A stretch of 64,000 bases of DNA from NCBI GenBank assembly GCA_047602405.1, contig JASGHJ010000002.1:1056001-1120000 (forward strand), given 5' to 3'. The stretch is from Anaeromyxobacteraceae bacterium (lineage in GTDB: Bacteria > Myxococcota > Myxococcia > Myxococcales > Anaeromyxobacteraceae). How positions within the stretch are numbered: position 1 is the first letter of the stretch; each line of letters starts with the position of its first letter. The notes below the pieces were generated by a model. That model saw nothing but the letters and a program-made list of their open reading frames with translations, was not told the DNA's origin and did not search any database. Made by a program: the position numbers and the translations under genes. Shown piece by piece: positions 29,418 through 38,963 of the stretch.

Positions 29418-31637
29418 TCAGCGCACCGTCCCGGTGGGGCTCCGGCCGGCCTTTCCCTCGTCCGCCGCCGTGTCGGGCGCCCCGGCCGCGGGCGCCTCGC
29501 CGGCGCGGAGCGCCGGGCCGAGCTGCAGGCGGGCCGTGGCGAGGTCCCGCAGCTCGAGCGTCGGGGCGTTCGCGGCGAGGTGCGTGAGGGCGGCCCGGCC
29601 CTGCGCGCCGGTCTGGAAGGAGAGGAGGTACTCGAGCCGGGGCAGGGCGCTCGCCACCGGCGCCGCCTCGAGCGCCACGAGCTCGGACTCGAACGCCGCG
29701 CCGATCGAGGCGCCGCAGAGGGTGTACAGGGTCGAGTCGTAGCGCGGGACCGGCGCGGCGCCGAGCGTGGCCACGAGGGCGGCGCGCCAGGCGTCGCCGC
29801 CGGACGACCAGCGCGCGCAGGCCCGCCGGAGCGCGTAGCGCCGGGCGTAGTCGGAGTCGAGGCCGGCGAGGAAGCCCGCGAGGTCCGCGGGCTGCATCGA
29901 CGGGATCGTCCGCAGCAGGGCCCGCTCCTGGTGGCCCGCCGACCGCGAGAGGAACGGCGCCAGGCTGCCGCGGGAGACGTCGTCGGGCGCGAGCGCGCCG
30001 GCGATGGCGGCGTCGGCGTCCGTGTGGCTCGAGGCCTCGCGCTCGTCGAGGGCGGCGTACCCGCCCGGCTCGACGAGGACGCTCCCGGTGCTGCCCGGGG
30101 CGAGGGGGACGGCGTCGGCCACCCCCGATGCGGAGACGCGGGTCGCGGAGAGTGGGGCGATGAACGCGCCCGCGGAGCCGGTGGGCGTGAACGAGAGCTG
30201 GACCCCGCTCGCGACGTCGGCCCGCGTGGCGCCGTCGCCCGGGGCGCCCTTCACCGTCAGCTCCGCGAGCGCCTTCTGGAGGTCGGCCTCGCCGAGGGCC
30301 GGCGCGAACGCGCGCAGGAAGTCCTCGCCGGTCGCGCTGTCGTGGGCGTGGGCGTCGAGGAACGCCCGGAGGCTCGCCCAGAACGCCGCCTCGCCCACGC
30401 GCGCCCGGACCTGCGTGATCAGCGTGGCCGACCGCTGGTAGGGGCCGGTCGTGTACTTCTGGAGGCCCACCAGCGAGGGATCGACGATCGCGTGGTCGGG
30501 GTTGAAGGCGAAGTCGATCCCGAACAGCCGCCCGCTCGCGCTCCGGTCGCGGGATCCCCGCTGCGCCTCCGCGGCGAGCAAGGTCGCCATGCCCTCCTTC
30601 ACCCAGACGTCGTCGTAGGCCCGCATCGTGACCCAGTCGCCGAACCAGTGGTGCGCGAGCTCGTGCGCCGAGAGGCTGAAGTTGCGCCACCCGAGGTGGC
30701 CGCTCTCGGCGTCGAAGGTGATCGTCGCGTTCTCCATGCCGCCGCCGAAGGGCGCCGGGAGCAGCACGACCGAGTACCGGGAGAAGCGATACGGCCCGAG
30801 CAGCGCCTCGAACCGCGCCATCGCCTCCTCGACGTCGTCGAGGTTCCCGGCGGCGTCGACCGCGAGGCCGCGCCGGTACCAGAGCGCGAGCGGCACCGGC
30901 TTCCCGCCGGCGACCGCGCTCACGTAGGTCCGCTCGACGTGCTCGAGCTCGCCCGCCGCGAACGCCATCAGGTAGGTCGGCAGCGGCACGTCGATGGCGT
31001 AGCCGACGCGCCGGCCGCCGCTCGGGAGCGCCTGATCCAGAACGCGTTCGCCGTTCGCGACCACGTCCTCGTCGGCGAGCACGTCGAGCGTGACGGAGAA
31101 CGTCGCGCGGTCGGCAGGATCGTCCTTCTCGACCATCCACAGGTGGCCCTGCCTGGGCTCGGAGTCGGTGAAGACGACCCAGGAGCGCACGGGGTCGTTC
31201 GGCGTCGAGGTCGTCTGGGCGAGGCCGCCCGACTCGGGGGTGCGGTAGTGCACCGCGAGCGTGATGGGATCGCGGCTCCCGGCGAGCTTCCCAAGCTCGA
31301 CCTTCAGCGTGGGGCCCGACGGCGTGAAGCCGAGCGCGCTCCCGCCCGAGGACACGCTCGTGACACCCGCGGGCGCGTCGAGCTCGATCGAGGAGGTGAC
31401 GCCCTTGCAGAGCGCGAGCGTGATCGTCTCGTCCACCTCGAGCATCCCGGTCGTCGCGGGGGGCACGGGCGTCCGGTCGAACCTGCCGGCGAGCGCGTAG
31501 GAGAGCGCGTCGTAGGCGCGCGCGCCGGGCACCGTGCGCCTGCAGTCCTCCGTCGCTGCGCCGGGGAACTCCTCCCGCTCGCCGCAGGCAGCGAGGAGGG
31601 TGAGGACGACGAGGCTGAGCTTGAGGTGGTCGGTCAA
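29418..31637 (-). CDS. M1-family zinc aminopeptidase lipoprotein (paralog 2)
   Basis: TTG start overlapping the stop of paralog 1; LAAC lipobox; GGMEN; HELAHHWFGD-x-KEG. Confidence 0.88.
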   Translation of the reverse strand: MTDHLKLSLVVLTLLAACGEREEFPGAATEDCRRTVPGARAYDALSYALAGRFDRTPVPPATTGMLEVDETITLALCKGVTSSIELDAPAGVTSVSSGGSALGFTPSGPTLKVELGKLAGSRDPITLAVHYRTPESGGLAQTTSTPNDPVRSWVVFTDSEPRQGHLWMVEKDDPADRATFSVTLDVLADEDVVANGERVLDQALPSGGRRVGYAIDVPLPTYLMAFAAGELEHVERTYVSAVAGGKPVPLALWYRRGLAVDAAGNLDDVEEAMARFEALLGPYRFSRYSVVLLPAPFGGGMENATITFDAESGHLGWRNFSLSAHELAHHWFGDWVTMRAYDDVWVKEGMATLLAAEAQRGSRDRSASGRLFGIDFAFNPDHAIVDPSLVGLQKYTTGPYQRSATLITQVRARVGEAAFWASLRAFLDAHAHDSATGEDFLRAFAPALGEADLQKALAELTVKGAPGDGATRADVASGVQLSFTPTGSAGAFIAPLSATRVSASGVADAVPLAPGSTGSVLVEPGGYAALDEREASSHTDADAAIAGALAPDDVSRGSLAPFLSRSAGHQERALLRTIPSMQPADLAGFLAGLDSDYARRYALRRACARWSSGGDAWRAALVATLGAAPVPRYDSTLYTLCGASIGAAFESELVALEAAPVASALPRLEYLLSFQTGAQGRAALTHLAANAPTLELRDLATARLQLGPALRAGEAPAAGAPDTAADEGKAGRSPTGTVR

Positions 31638-33728
31638 GGCGTCTTCCCCCTGGCGTTCGCGAAGGCACCGAGGCGCAGGGTGGGAGGATACGATCGCACG
31701 TGCGTGGCCGCATCCTCTCCTGCGGCGTCGGACGGGAAGGAGAGGAGGTACTCGAGGCGCGTCAGGTCGGTCGGCGCCCGCCGCGCGTCGAGCGCCACGA
31801 GCTCCGCCGAGAACCGTGCCCCGAGCCCGCCGGCGCCGCAGGCCCAGTAGCCGGACGCGAAGCGCTCGCGGGGCGGCTGCTGCAGGGCGGCCCATAGCGC
31901 GTCCTGCCAGGCCGGTTCCGCCCCGTGTCGCTTGCAGGCGGACCAGAGGAGGCGCTCCTGCGCCTGCCACGAACCCAGCGCGTCGAGGATCGGGACGAGC
32001 GAGGAGGGGATCGGCCAGCCCGAGCGTGGTCCTCGAGAGGGCCAGCTCCTGGTGGGCAGCGGAGCGCGCCAGGAACGCCGCGAGCGCGTACGGCGAGCCT
32101 GGAGGCGGGACGAGAATTGCCTCCAGGCCAGCGGGTGGGAGGGGCGGATAAGGGTACAGCCCGCTCTCGTCGGGCGCGAGGTATCCGCCCGGTGGGACCT
32201 CGACCACGGTCTCGATGCCCGCGGGCAGCTCGACCCACCTGGCCGTGCCCTGGGCGTCGACGACCGTGACGGCGTGCGGGACGAGCGGTGCGAGCTCGCC
32301 CCCGGGCGCGGTGAAGGTGAACGCGCGGGTGCTCCCCAGGCCCCACGAGGAGACGAGCGGGAGCCCCTTCACCGTCAGCTGTTCGCGGACCCGCTCCAGC
32401 GTCGCGGCGTCGAGGTGGGGTGCGAACGCCTGGACGAGGTCCTCGCCCCGGGCGCTGCCGTCCGCGTGGGCGGCGAGGAAGGCGCGCCACGTGGACCAGA
32501 AGGTGTCCTCGCCGAGGAGCACGCGCAGCTGCGAGAGGAGGTAGGCCGCGCGCCGGTACGGGCCGTTCCCGTACTTCTCGACCCCCCGCAGCGACGGGTC
32601 GACGATCGCGTCGCCGGCCGCGAACCGGAACTCGCTCCCGAGGAATCGGCCGAGCCCGGCCCGGTCGCGCCCGGCCCGCTCTGCCTCGAAGCCGAGCAGC
32701 GTCGCGAAGCCCTCCTTCACGAAGAGGTCGTCCGGCGTGCGGATCGTGACCCAGTCGCCCGCCCACTGGTGCGCGAGCTCGTGGGCGTGCAGCTGCTCCC
32801 ACGGGTCCCCGGTCGCCCAGAGCTCGCCGATGAACGTGATCCCGACGTTCTCCATGCCCTGGCCGTAGGGTGGCGTCGGGACGAGCACGACGGCGTAGCT
32901 TTTCCAGGGATAGGGCCCGAGGAGCCGCTCGATGCCGGTGAGCTGCGACTCCACGAGGTCGAGGTAGGCGTCCACGTCGAGGAGGAGGCCGCTGCGCCAC
33001 CAGAGCGCCACGGGGTACCGCTCGCCGGAGGGAGACGCGTGGGTGCGGACGCGGCGGTCGAGCGCACCCGCCGCGAAGGCCATCACGTAGGGCGGGATGG
33101 GCCGATCCATCGCGTAGCCGATCCGCCGGCCGCCCGACGAGACCGGCTCATCGAGCACCCGCTCGCCGTTCGCGACGAGGTCGACCCCGTCCGGCACCTC
33201 CAGGCTGAACGAGAAGCGCGCGCGATCCGCGGGCTCGTCGTTCTCGACCATCCAGGTGTGGCCGAGCCGAGGCTCGGAGGCGGTCATGACCAGGGCCGTC
33301 TTCAACGGGTCGCCGGCGCCGGCGCCCTCGCGCGTGAAGAGCAGGCCTCCGCCCGCCGCGGGGGCGACGTACTCGACCTCGAGCTGCACGGTGTCGCCGG
33401 CCTCGCCCGGGACCGGCACGGTCAGCGTCTGCGCCGGGGTGTCGCGGGTGAACGCGGTAACCTTGCCGGCCACCTTCACCGAGAGGACGACGGGGGGCAC
33501 GTCGAGCTCGAGGCTCGCCGCGGCACCCTCGCAGAGCCCCAGCGTGAGGGTCTCCTTCGCGGACAGCGCTCCGGTGGTCCAGTCGAGGCGCCCCGCGACG
33601 TCGTAGGCCAGCGCGTCGTAGGCGCGCGGGCCGGGCGTCGTGTACGCGCACTCCGCCGTGGGCCGGTGCTTCGAGCCGGGGCAGGCGGAGAGGAGGAGGG
33701 CGGAAGCGAGGCAGGCCGGAGCTCGCAT
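31634..33728 (-). CDS. M1-family zinc aminopeptidase lipoprotein (paralog 1), +1 frameshift at ~32007
   Basis: LSAC lipobox; QGMEN; HELAHQWAGD..KEG; removing one C after GATCCC restores a C-terminus with RLEYLLSF, shared with paralog 2; TGA at 31634-31636. Confidence 0.85.
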
Positions 33729-33938
33729 GGGGCGCTCCTTCGCGAGGGAGGCGCCAGCATACGCGGCTGGCAGGCCTTCACGCGCGGTCCATGCAGCCAT
33801 CCGGCCCCGGGCTGCAGGCGCGGGCCGCCACGCCAAGTTCGCGCCACGGCCCGTGTCCCGCGCAGGTCCTTCGCTGCGACCGTCGGCCGCACGCTGCGTA
33901 CAGGGCCGTCCCCACGGCGGTTCTTCCGCGGCCTCCCG

Positions 33939-33980
33939 TGGCCCGCGATCTGCACTCCTCGCGATGTAGCGAACTCGCTA
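33939..33980 (+). promoter_or_regulatory. Candidate promoter/operator of the arsR-psr operon
   Basis: TGGCCCGCGATCTGCA (GG-N10-GC, 33939-33954) followed by a perfect 6-2-6 palindrome TAGCGA-AC-TCGCTA (33967-33980). Confidence 0.5.
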
Positions 33981-33987
33981 GGTGACT

Positions 33988-34290
33988 ATGGCCAACGTCT
34001 CGATCCGGAACGATCCAGCCCGCGCGGAGCACGTCGCCACGGTGCTGCGCGCCATCGCGCACCCGCTCCGCGTGCGCATCGTCGCGACGCTCTGCCGCTC
34101 GGAGCTGCACGTCTCGGCGCTCGCCGAGGCGCTCGACGCTCCGCAGGCGATCGTCTCGCAGCAGCTCAAGATCCTGCGCGCGGAGCGGCTCGTCGAGGCC
34201 CGCCGCGAGGATGGGTTCGCCTACTACCGGATCGCGGAGCCTGCGCTCCGCGACCTCGTCTGCTGCATGGAGAAGTGCCGCGCCGCCTGA
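33988..34290 (+). CDS. ArsR/SmtB-family transcriptional regulator
   Basis: LRAIAHPLRVRIV..L, VSQQLKIL, RREDG..YYRI; C-terminal CCMEKC. Confidence 0.9.
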   Translation: MANVSIRNDPARAEHVATVLRAIAHPLRVRIVATLCRSELHVSALAEALDAPQAIVSQQLKILRAERLVEARREDGFAYYRIAEPALRDLVCCMEKCRAA

Positions 34291-34312
34291 GGCGGCGAAG
34301 GGAGAGCGCAGC

Positions 34313-36631
34313 ATGGCCATCGGCCGCAGGCAGTTCATCCAGATCGGCGCCGGCGCCGCGGGCGTGGCGGGCGTCTCCGGGCTCTCGAGCCGCTGGTGGG
34401 GGCTCGACGGGGACCCCGTCCGCGACCCGGGCACCGAGGGCGATCACGTCGTCGCGACCTACTGCGAGCTCTGCTTCTGGGGCTGCGGGCAGCTCGCCCA
34501 CGTGAAGGACGGGCGCGTGACGAAGCTCGTCGGCAACCCGGCCCACCCGCTCTCGAACGGCGCGCTCTGCCCGCGCGGCGCGGGCGCGACCGGGCTCCTC
34601 TACGACCCCGATCGCCTGAAGAAGCCGCTCGTCCGCCGCGCCATGCGCGGCGAGGACGTGTTCGAGGAGGTCTCCTGGGACGCCGCGCTCAACGAGGTCT
34701 CCGAGCGCCTCCTCCAGGTGGCGAAGCGGCACGGCCCCGAGGCGGTCGCCCTCTTCACGCACGGCTCGGGTGGCGTGTGGTGGAAGACGTTCATGAAGGC
34801 CTGGGGGTCGCCCAACATCGGCGCCCCGTCCTACGCGCAGTGCCGCGGCCCGCGCGAGGCCGCCTTCACGGTGACCTTCGGCACGCCGCTCGGCTCGCCG
34901 GAGCCGCTCGACCTCGCGAACGCGCGGTGCATCACGCTCATCGGGTCGCACCTCGGCGAGAACATGCACAACACCCAGGTGCAGGAACTCGCCCAGGCCG
35001 TGGGCCGGGGCGCCGCCCTCGTGGTGGTGGACCCCCGCTTCAGCGTCGCGGCCTCGAAGGCGAAGCACTGGCTCCCGGTGAAGCCGGGCACCGACATCGC
35101 GCTCCTCCTCGCGTGGATGAACGTGCTCATCACCGAGAAGCTCTACGACGCCGAGTGGGTGAAGGAGCACGCGGTCGGCTTCGAGCAGCTCGCCGAGCAC
35201 GTGGCCGACAAGACACCGGAGTGGGCCCACCCGATCACGGGCCTCAGGCCCGAGCTCATCCGCGCCTCCGCCCGGACCCTCGGCGGCGCGCGGCCCGCGT
35301 CGCTGATCCATCCCGGCCGCCACACGGTCTGGTACGGCGACGACACGCAGCGCGGCCGCGCGATGGCGATCCTCGCCGCGCTGCTCGGCTCGTGGGGCCG
35401 CCGCGGCGGCTACGTCGCGACGGAGAAGTTCCCGCTCGCGCCGTACCCGCTGCCGGAGGGGCTGCCCCACCTCGTTTCCGGGGGGCTCGGCGCCCCCCGC
35501 CCCGCCGAGCAAGGCTCGTCGGGGCCCCACCCCGGCAGCACCGCGGCTGGCTGGACGCCGCGCCCGAAGGCCGACCTCCCGAAGGCGGGCGGCTACCCGC
35601 TCGCGACCGAGATCATCGCCTCCGGCCTCTGCGACGCGACCCGCCCCGGGCACGCGCTCTACGACCTCAAGGCCTGGATCGTCTACGGCTGCAACCTCGT
35701 CCAGGCCATGCCGGACCGCAAGCAACTCATCGAGACCATGCAGCACCTCGACTTCCTCGTCGCCGTCGACGTGCTGCCCTCCGAGATCGCCGGCTTCGCC
35801 GACGTGGTGCTGCCCGAGACCACCTACCTCGAGCGGCACGACGACCTCTCGGCGCCCGCCTGGAAGCGCCCGTTCGTGGCGCTCCGCCAGCCGGTGGTCG
35901 AGCCGATGTACGACGCGAAGCCGGGCTGGTGGATTGCGAAGGAGCTCGCGACCCGCACCGGGCTCGGCGCGTGGTTCCCGTGGAAGGACGCCGGCGAGTA
36001 CCTCGAGAAGCGGGTCACGGCGAAGGGGCTCGACTGGGAGAAGCTCCGGAAGGACGGCGTCCTCCTCGGCGCGCCCATCGCGACCTGCGAGGAGGAGGGG
36101 CTCCCGGTCTCGATCCCGACCGAGGACGGCAAGGCCCAGCTCTGGTCGAAGGAGCTCGCCGCGTTCGGCTTCGATCCGGTGCCGCAGTACGTGCCGCAGG
36201 AGGAGGCCCCGCAGGGCATGTTCCGCCTCCTCTCCGGGCGCGCGCCGACCCACACCTTCGGCCGCACGGTGAACAACCGGCTCCTCGCCGAGCCGTTCCC
36301 GGAGAACGAGGTCTGGATCAACGCCGCCGTGGCGGCGTCGCTGCCCGGCTTCGAGGAGAAGCCGCTCCGGGACGGCGACCGGGTGGTGCTCGTGAACCAG
36401 GACGGCATCCGATCGACGCCGGTCCGCGCGAAGGTCACCGAGCGCATCCGCGGCGACTGCGTGTTCATGGTCCACGGCTGGGGCCAGACCGCCAGGAAGC
36501 TCCGCTACGCCCACGGCAGGGGCGCCTCCGACTCGGCGCTGACGAGCCGCTACAAGGTGGACCCGATCATGGGCGGGACCGGGATGAGCGTGAACTTCGT
36601 GCGCCTCGAGCGCGCCGCCGAGGTGGCCTGA
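34313..36631 (+). CDS. psrA: Polysulfide/thiosulfate reductase-type molybdopterin catalytic subunit (PsrA/PhsA), Tat-exported
   Basis: GRRQFI Tat motif; CELC..GC...LCPRG (FS0); SYAQCRGPRE (Mo-ligand Cys); VDPRFS, KPGTDIA, WYGDD, ADVVLPETTYLER. Confidence 0.88.
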   Translation: MAIGRRQFIQIGAGAAGVAGVSGLSSRWWGLDGDPVRDPGTEGDHVVATYCELCFWGCGQLAHVKDGRVTKLVGNPAHPLSNGALCPRGAGATGLLYDPDRLKKPLVRRAMRGEDVFEEVSWDAALNEVSERLLQVAKRHGPEAVALFTHGSGGVWWKTFMKAWGSPNIGAPSYAQCRGPREAAFTVTFGTPLGSPEPLDLANARCITLIGSHLGENMHNTQVQELAQAVGRGAALVVVDPRFSVAASKAKHWLPVKPGTDIALLLAWMNVLITEKLYDAEWVKEHAVGFEQLAEHVADKTPEWAHPITGLRPELIRASARTLGGARPASLIHPGRHTVWYGDDTQRGRAMAILAALLGSWGRRGGYVATEKFPLAPYPLPEGLPHLVSGGLGAPRPAEQGSSGPHPGSTAAGWTPRPKADLPKAGGYPLATEIIASGLCDATRPGHALYDLKAWIVYGCNLVQAMPDRKQLIETMQHLDFLVAVDVLPSEIAGFADVVLPETTYLERHDDLSAPAWKRPFVALRQPVVEPMYDAKPGWWIAKELATRTGLGAWFPWKDAGEYLEKRVTAKGLDWEKLRKDGVLLGAPIATCEEEGLPVSIPTEDGKAQLWSKELAAFGFDPVPQYVPQEEAPQGMFRLLSGRAPTHTFGRTVNNRLLAEPFPENEVWINAAVAASLPGFEEKPLRDGDRVVLVNQDGIRSTPVRAKVTERIRGDCVFMVHGWGQTARKLRYAHGRGASDSALTSRYKVDPIMGGTGMSVNFVRLERAAEVA
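35479..35540. repeat. Double-hairpin element in frame within psrA loop
   Basis: CGGGGGGC-TCGGC-GCCCCCCG and GCCCCGCCGAGC-AAG-GCTCGTCGGGGC; rare codons (GTT, CAA, GCT) concentrated in and around it. Confidence 0.5.
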
Positions 36632-36633
36632 CC

Positions 36634-37182
36634 ATGGCGAAGGATCTCAAGCGGTACGGCATGGCGGTCGACACCCGGCGCTGCGTCGGGTGCAACGCCT
36701 GCGTCATCTCCTGCAAGACCGAGAACGCGCTCCCCGAGGGCGGCTTCCGCGACTGGGTCGTGCAGGAGACCTGGGGGACCTTCCCGGAGCTCTCGATGCA
36801 GATCCGCTCCGAGCGCTGCAACCACTGCTCGGACACGCCCTGCGTCTCGGCCTGCCCGACCGGCGCGAGCCACGTGGGGGAGGGCGGCACCGTCCTCGTG
36901 AACCCCGCGAAGTGCACGGGCTGCAAGGCCTGCATGGCCTCCTGCCCGTACGGCGCCCGCTACGTCCACCCCGACGGCCACGTCGACAAGTGCACCTTCT
37001 GCCTGCACCGCGTGACGAAGGGGAAGGATCCCGCCTGCGTCGAGACCTGCCCGACCCGCGCGCTCACCTTCGGCGACCTCGCCGATCGGGAGAGCCCGGT
37101 CGCGAGGCTCCTCGCCGCGCGCCGCCACGAGGTGGTGAAGCCCGAGGCCGGCACGAAGCCCAACGTCTTCTTCCTCGTATGA
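36634..37182 (+). CDS. psrB: 4x[4Fe-4S] electron-transfer subunit (PsrB/NrfC)
   Basis: CVGCNACVISC, CNHC...PCVSACP, CTGCKACMASCP, CTFC...PACVETCP. Confidence 0.92.
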   Translation: MAKDLKRYGMAVDTRRCVGCNACVISCKTENALPEGGFRDWVVQETWGTFPELSMQIRSERCNHCSDTPCVSACPTGASHVGEGGTVLVNPAKCTGCKACMASCPYGARYVHPDGHVDKCTFCLHRVTKGKDPACVETCPTRALTFGDLADRESPVARLLAARRHEVVKPEAGTKPNVFFLV

Positions 37183-37751
37183 GCGAGGTCGTGATGGAAT
37201 CGACGAACTCCGTTGGCCCCGAGCCTCAGGGTGCCGTTCGCCCCGAGCCTGTCGAGCGGCCCTTCTGGAACCCCTATCTCGGCGGCGCCGCGCTCGGCCT
37301 CGTGCTCCTCACCGCGTACATGGTGATGGGCAAGGGCCTGGGCGCCTCCGGCGCCTCCTTCCGCCTCGGCGTCGCCGCCGTCTCGGTGTTCGCGCCGGGG
37401 CATGCCGCCACCGCGCCGGGCCTGAGGTCGGTGGCGGCCGCGCCCTTCGACGACTGGCTCGTCTTCGAGGTGCTCGGCGTCGTCCTCGGCGGCCTCGTGG
37501 GCGCGTACACCTCGGGGCGCCTCAGGCTCGAGGTGCTGCGCGGCCCGGCGATCTCCGTGGGCGCGCGCCTCGCGATGGCGCTCGGCGGCGGCCTCCTGAT
37601 GGGCTTCGCGGCGAAGCTCGCGCGCGGCTGCACCTCCGGCCAGGCGCTCTCCGGCGGCGCGATGCTCTCGGCGGGCTCCTGGGCCTTCATGATGATGGTC
37701 TTCGCGGGCGGCTACGCCTTCGCGTGGACGGTGAGGAGGGCCTGGCGATGA
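37179..37751 (+). CDS. YeeE/YedE sulfur-compound transporter family protein (half 1)
   Basis: WNPYLGG, GLGASG, GGLLMGFAAKLARGCTSG motif; ATGA coupling. Confidence 0.88.
   Translation: MSEVVMESTNSVGPEPQGAVRPEPVERPFWNPYLGGAALGLVLLTAYMVMGKGLGASGASFRLGVAAVSVFAPGHAATAPGLRSVAAAPFDDWLVFEVLGVVLGGLVGAYTSGRLRLEVLRGPAISVGARLAMALGGGLLMGFAAKLARGCTSGQALSGGAMLSAGSWAFMMMVFAGGYAFAWTVRRAWR
37210..37256 (-). repeat. Two partial REP-like ends in the yeeE N-terminal extension
   Basis: CCGTTGGCCCCGAGCCT and CCGTTCGCCCCGAGCCTGTCGAG match TCCGTTCGCCCCGAGC at 24175 and 24217. Confidence 0.7.
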
Positions 37752-38947
37752 CGTTCCCCTTCGACGTCCTCGTGCACGGGGGCCGGGAGCTCGGCCTCGT
37801 CGTCGCCGTCGCGATCGGCTTCGGCTTCGGGTTCGTGCTCGAGCGCTCCGGCTTCGGCCGCGCGCAGAAGCTCGTGGCGCAGTTCTTCGGCGACGACATG
37901 ACCGTGTTCAAGGTCATGTTCGGCGCCATCGTCACCGCGATGCTCGGGGCGGTGGTGCTCTCCGGCCTCGGCCTCGCCGACCTCAGGGCCATCGCCGACA
38001 GCGCGACCAGCGCGACCTGGCTGTGGCCCATGATCGCCGGCGGGTTCCTCCTCGGCGTGGGCTTCATCGTCTCCGGCTACTGCCCGGGGACCTCGGTCGT
38101 GGCCGCCGCCTCCGGCAAGCTCGACGGCCTCGCCACGGTGGTCGGCGTCGTCGCCGGCACCGTCGTCTACGGCGAGCTCATGGCGTGGGCGCCCTTCGCG
38201 GCGTTCAGCGACTCCGGCTACCTCGGCCACGTCTACCTGTACGAGCTCCTCCACCTGCCGCCCGCTGTGGTGGCGCTCTTCGTCGCCGCGATGGCGGTGG
38301 CCTGCTTCGTCGGCGCGGAGAAGCTCGAGGCGATCTTCTCGAAGGGGGCGGCCTCGTCTCCGTCGGGTCCGAGGCGCCTCGTGTTCGCCGGCTTCGGCGC
38401 CGTAGCCCTCGCGGGCGTCGCCACGCTCGCGCTGCCCTCGGCCACCGCGGCCGTCGCCGCGCCCGCCCGCATCGACCCCGAGGCGCTCGCGCACCGGGTG
38501 GTCGAGGCGCCCTGGAACGTGCGCGTGCTCGACCTCCGCGCCGCGGAGGCCTGTGGCCAGGCCCGCGTCCCCGGCGCCGAGTGCGCGCCGGCCGCGAGCC
38601 TCGCAGAGCTCGACCTCGGCTTCGCCCCGGCCTCGCGCGACCTCGTCCTCGTCGCGGACGGCGACCTCGCCGAGGTCCCCGCCGCGGCGCGCGCCTACCG
38701 CGGCCGCGTGCTCGTCCTCGAGGGCGGCTGGGAGGCCTGGAAGACCTGGGCCCTCGACCGCGAGGACGCCGTGCAGTCGATGCCGGCCCCGGGCGCGCCC
38801 GCCGCCGACGTCGCCGCCTACCGGTTCCGCAACGCGGTCAACGCCGCCCTCACCGGCGTGAAGGTCGCGCCGCCCCCCGCGCCGGCCGCCGGCGGCGGGA
38901 TGCCCGCCCCGAAGCGCAAGGCCTCGGGCGGCGGCTGCAGCGGCTAG
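37748..38947 (+). CDS. YeeE/YedE (half 2) fused to a rhodanese-like domain with C-terminal GGGCSG tail
   Basis: GFGFGFVLERSGF, GYCPGT; then VLDLR....ARVPGA...VLEGGWEAW rhodanese fold; Pro/Ala linker and RKASGGGCSG end. Confidence 0.85.
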   Translation: MTFPFDVLVHGGRELGLVVAVAIGFGFGFVLERSGFGRAQKLVAQFFGDDMTVFKVMFGAIVTAMLGAVVLSGLGLADLRAIADSATSATWLWPMIAGGFLLGVGFIVSGYCPGTSVVAAASGKLDGLATVVGVVAGTVVYGELMAWAPFAAFSDSGYLGHVYLYELLHLPPAVVALFVAAMAVACFVGAEKLEAIFSKGAASSPSGPRRLVFAGFGAVALAGVATLALPSATAAVAAPARIDPEALAHRVVEAPWNVRVLDLRAAEACGQARVPGAECAPAASLAELDLGFAPASRDLVLVADGDLAEVPAAARAYRGRVLVLEGGWEAWKTWALDREDAVQSMPAPGAPAADVAAYRFRNAVNAALTGVKVAPPPAPAAGGGMPAPKRKASGGGCSG

Positions 38948-38963
38948 CCCCGGGAGACACGCC

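Noticed and set aside
29418..33836. 1472-aa double M1 peptidase
   Set aside because: The middle segment is out-of-frame sequence; repairing ~32007 gives two genes, each with its own lipoprotein signal
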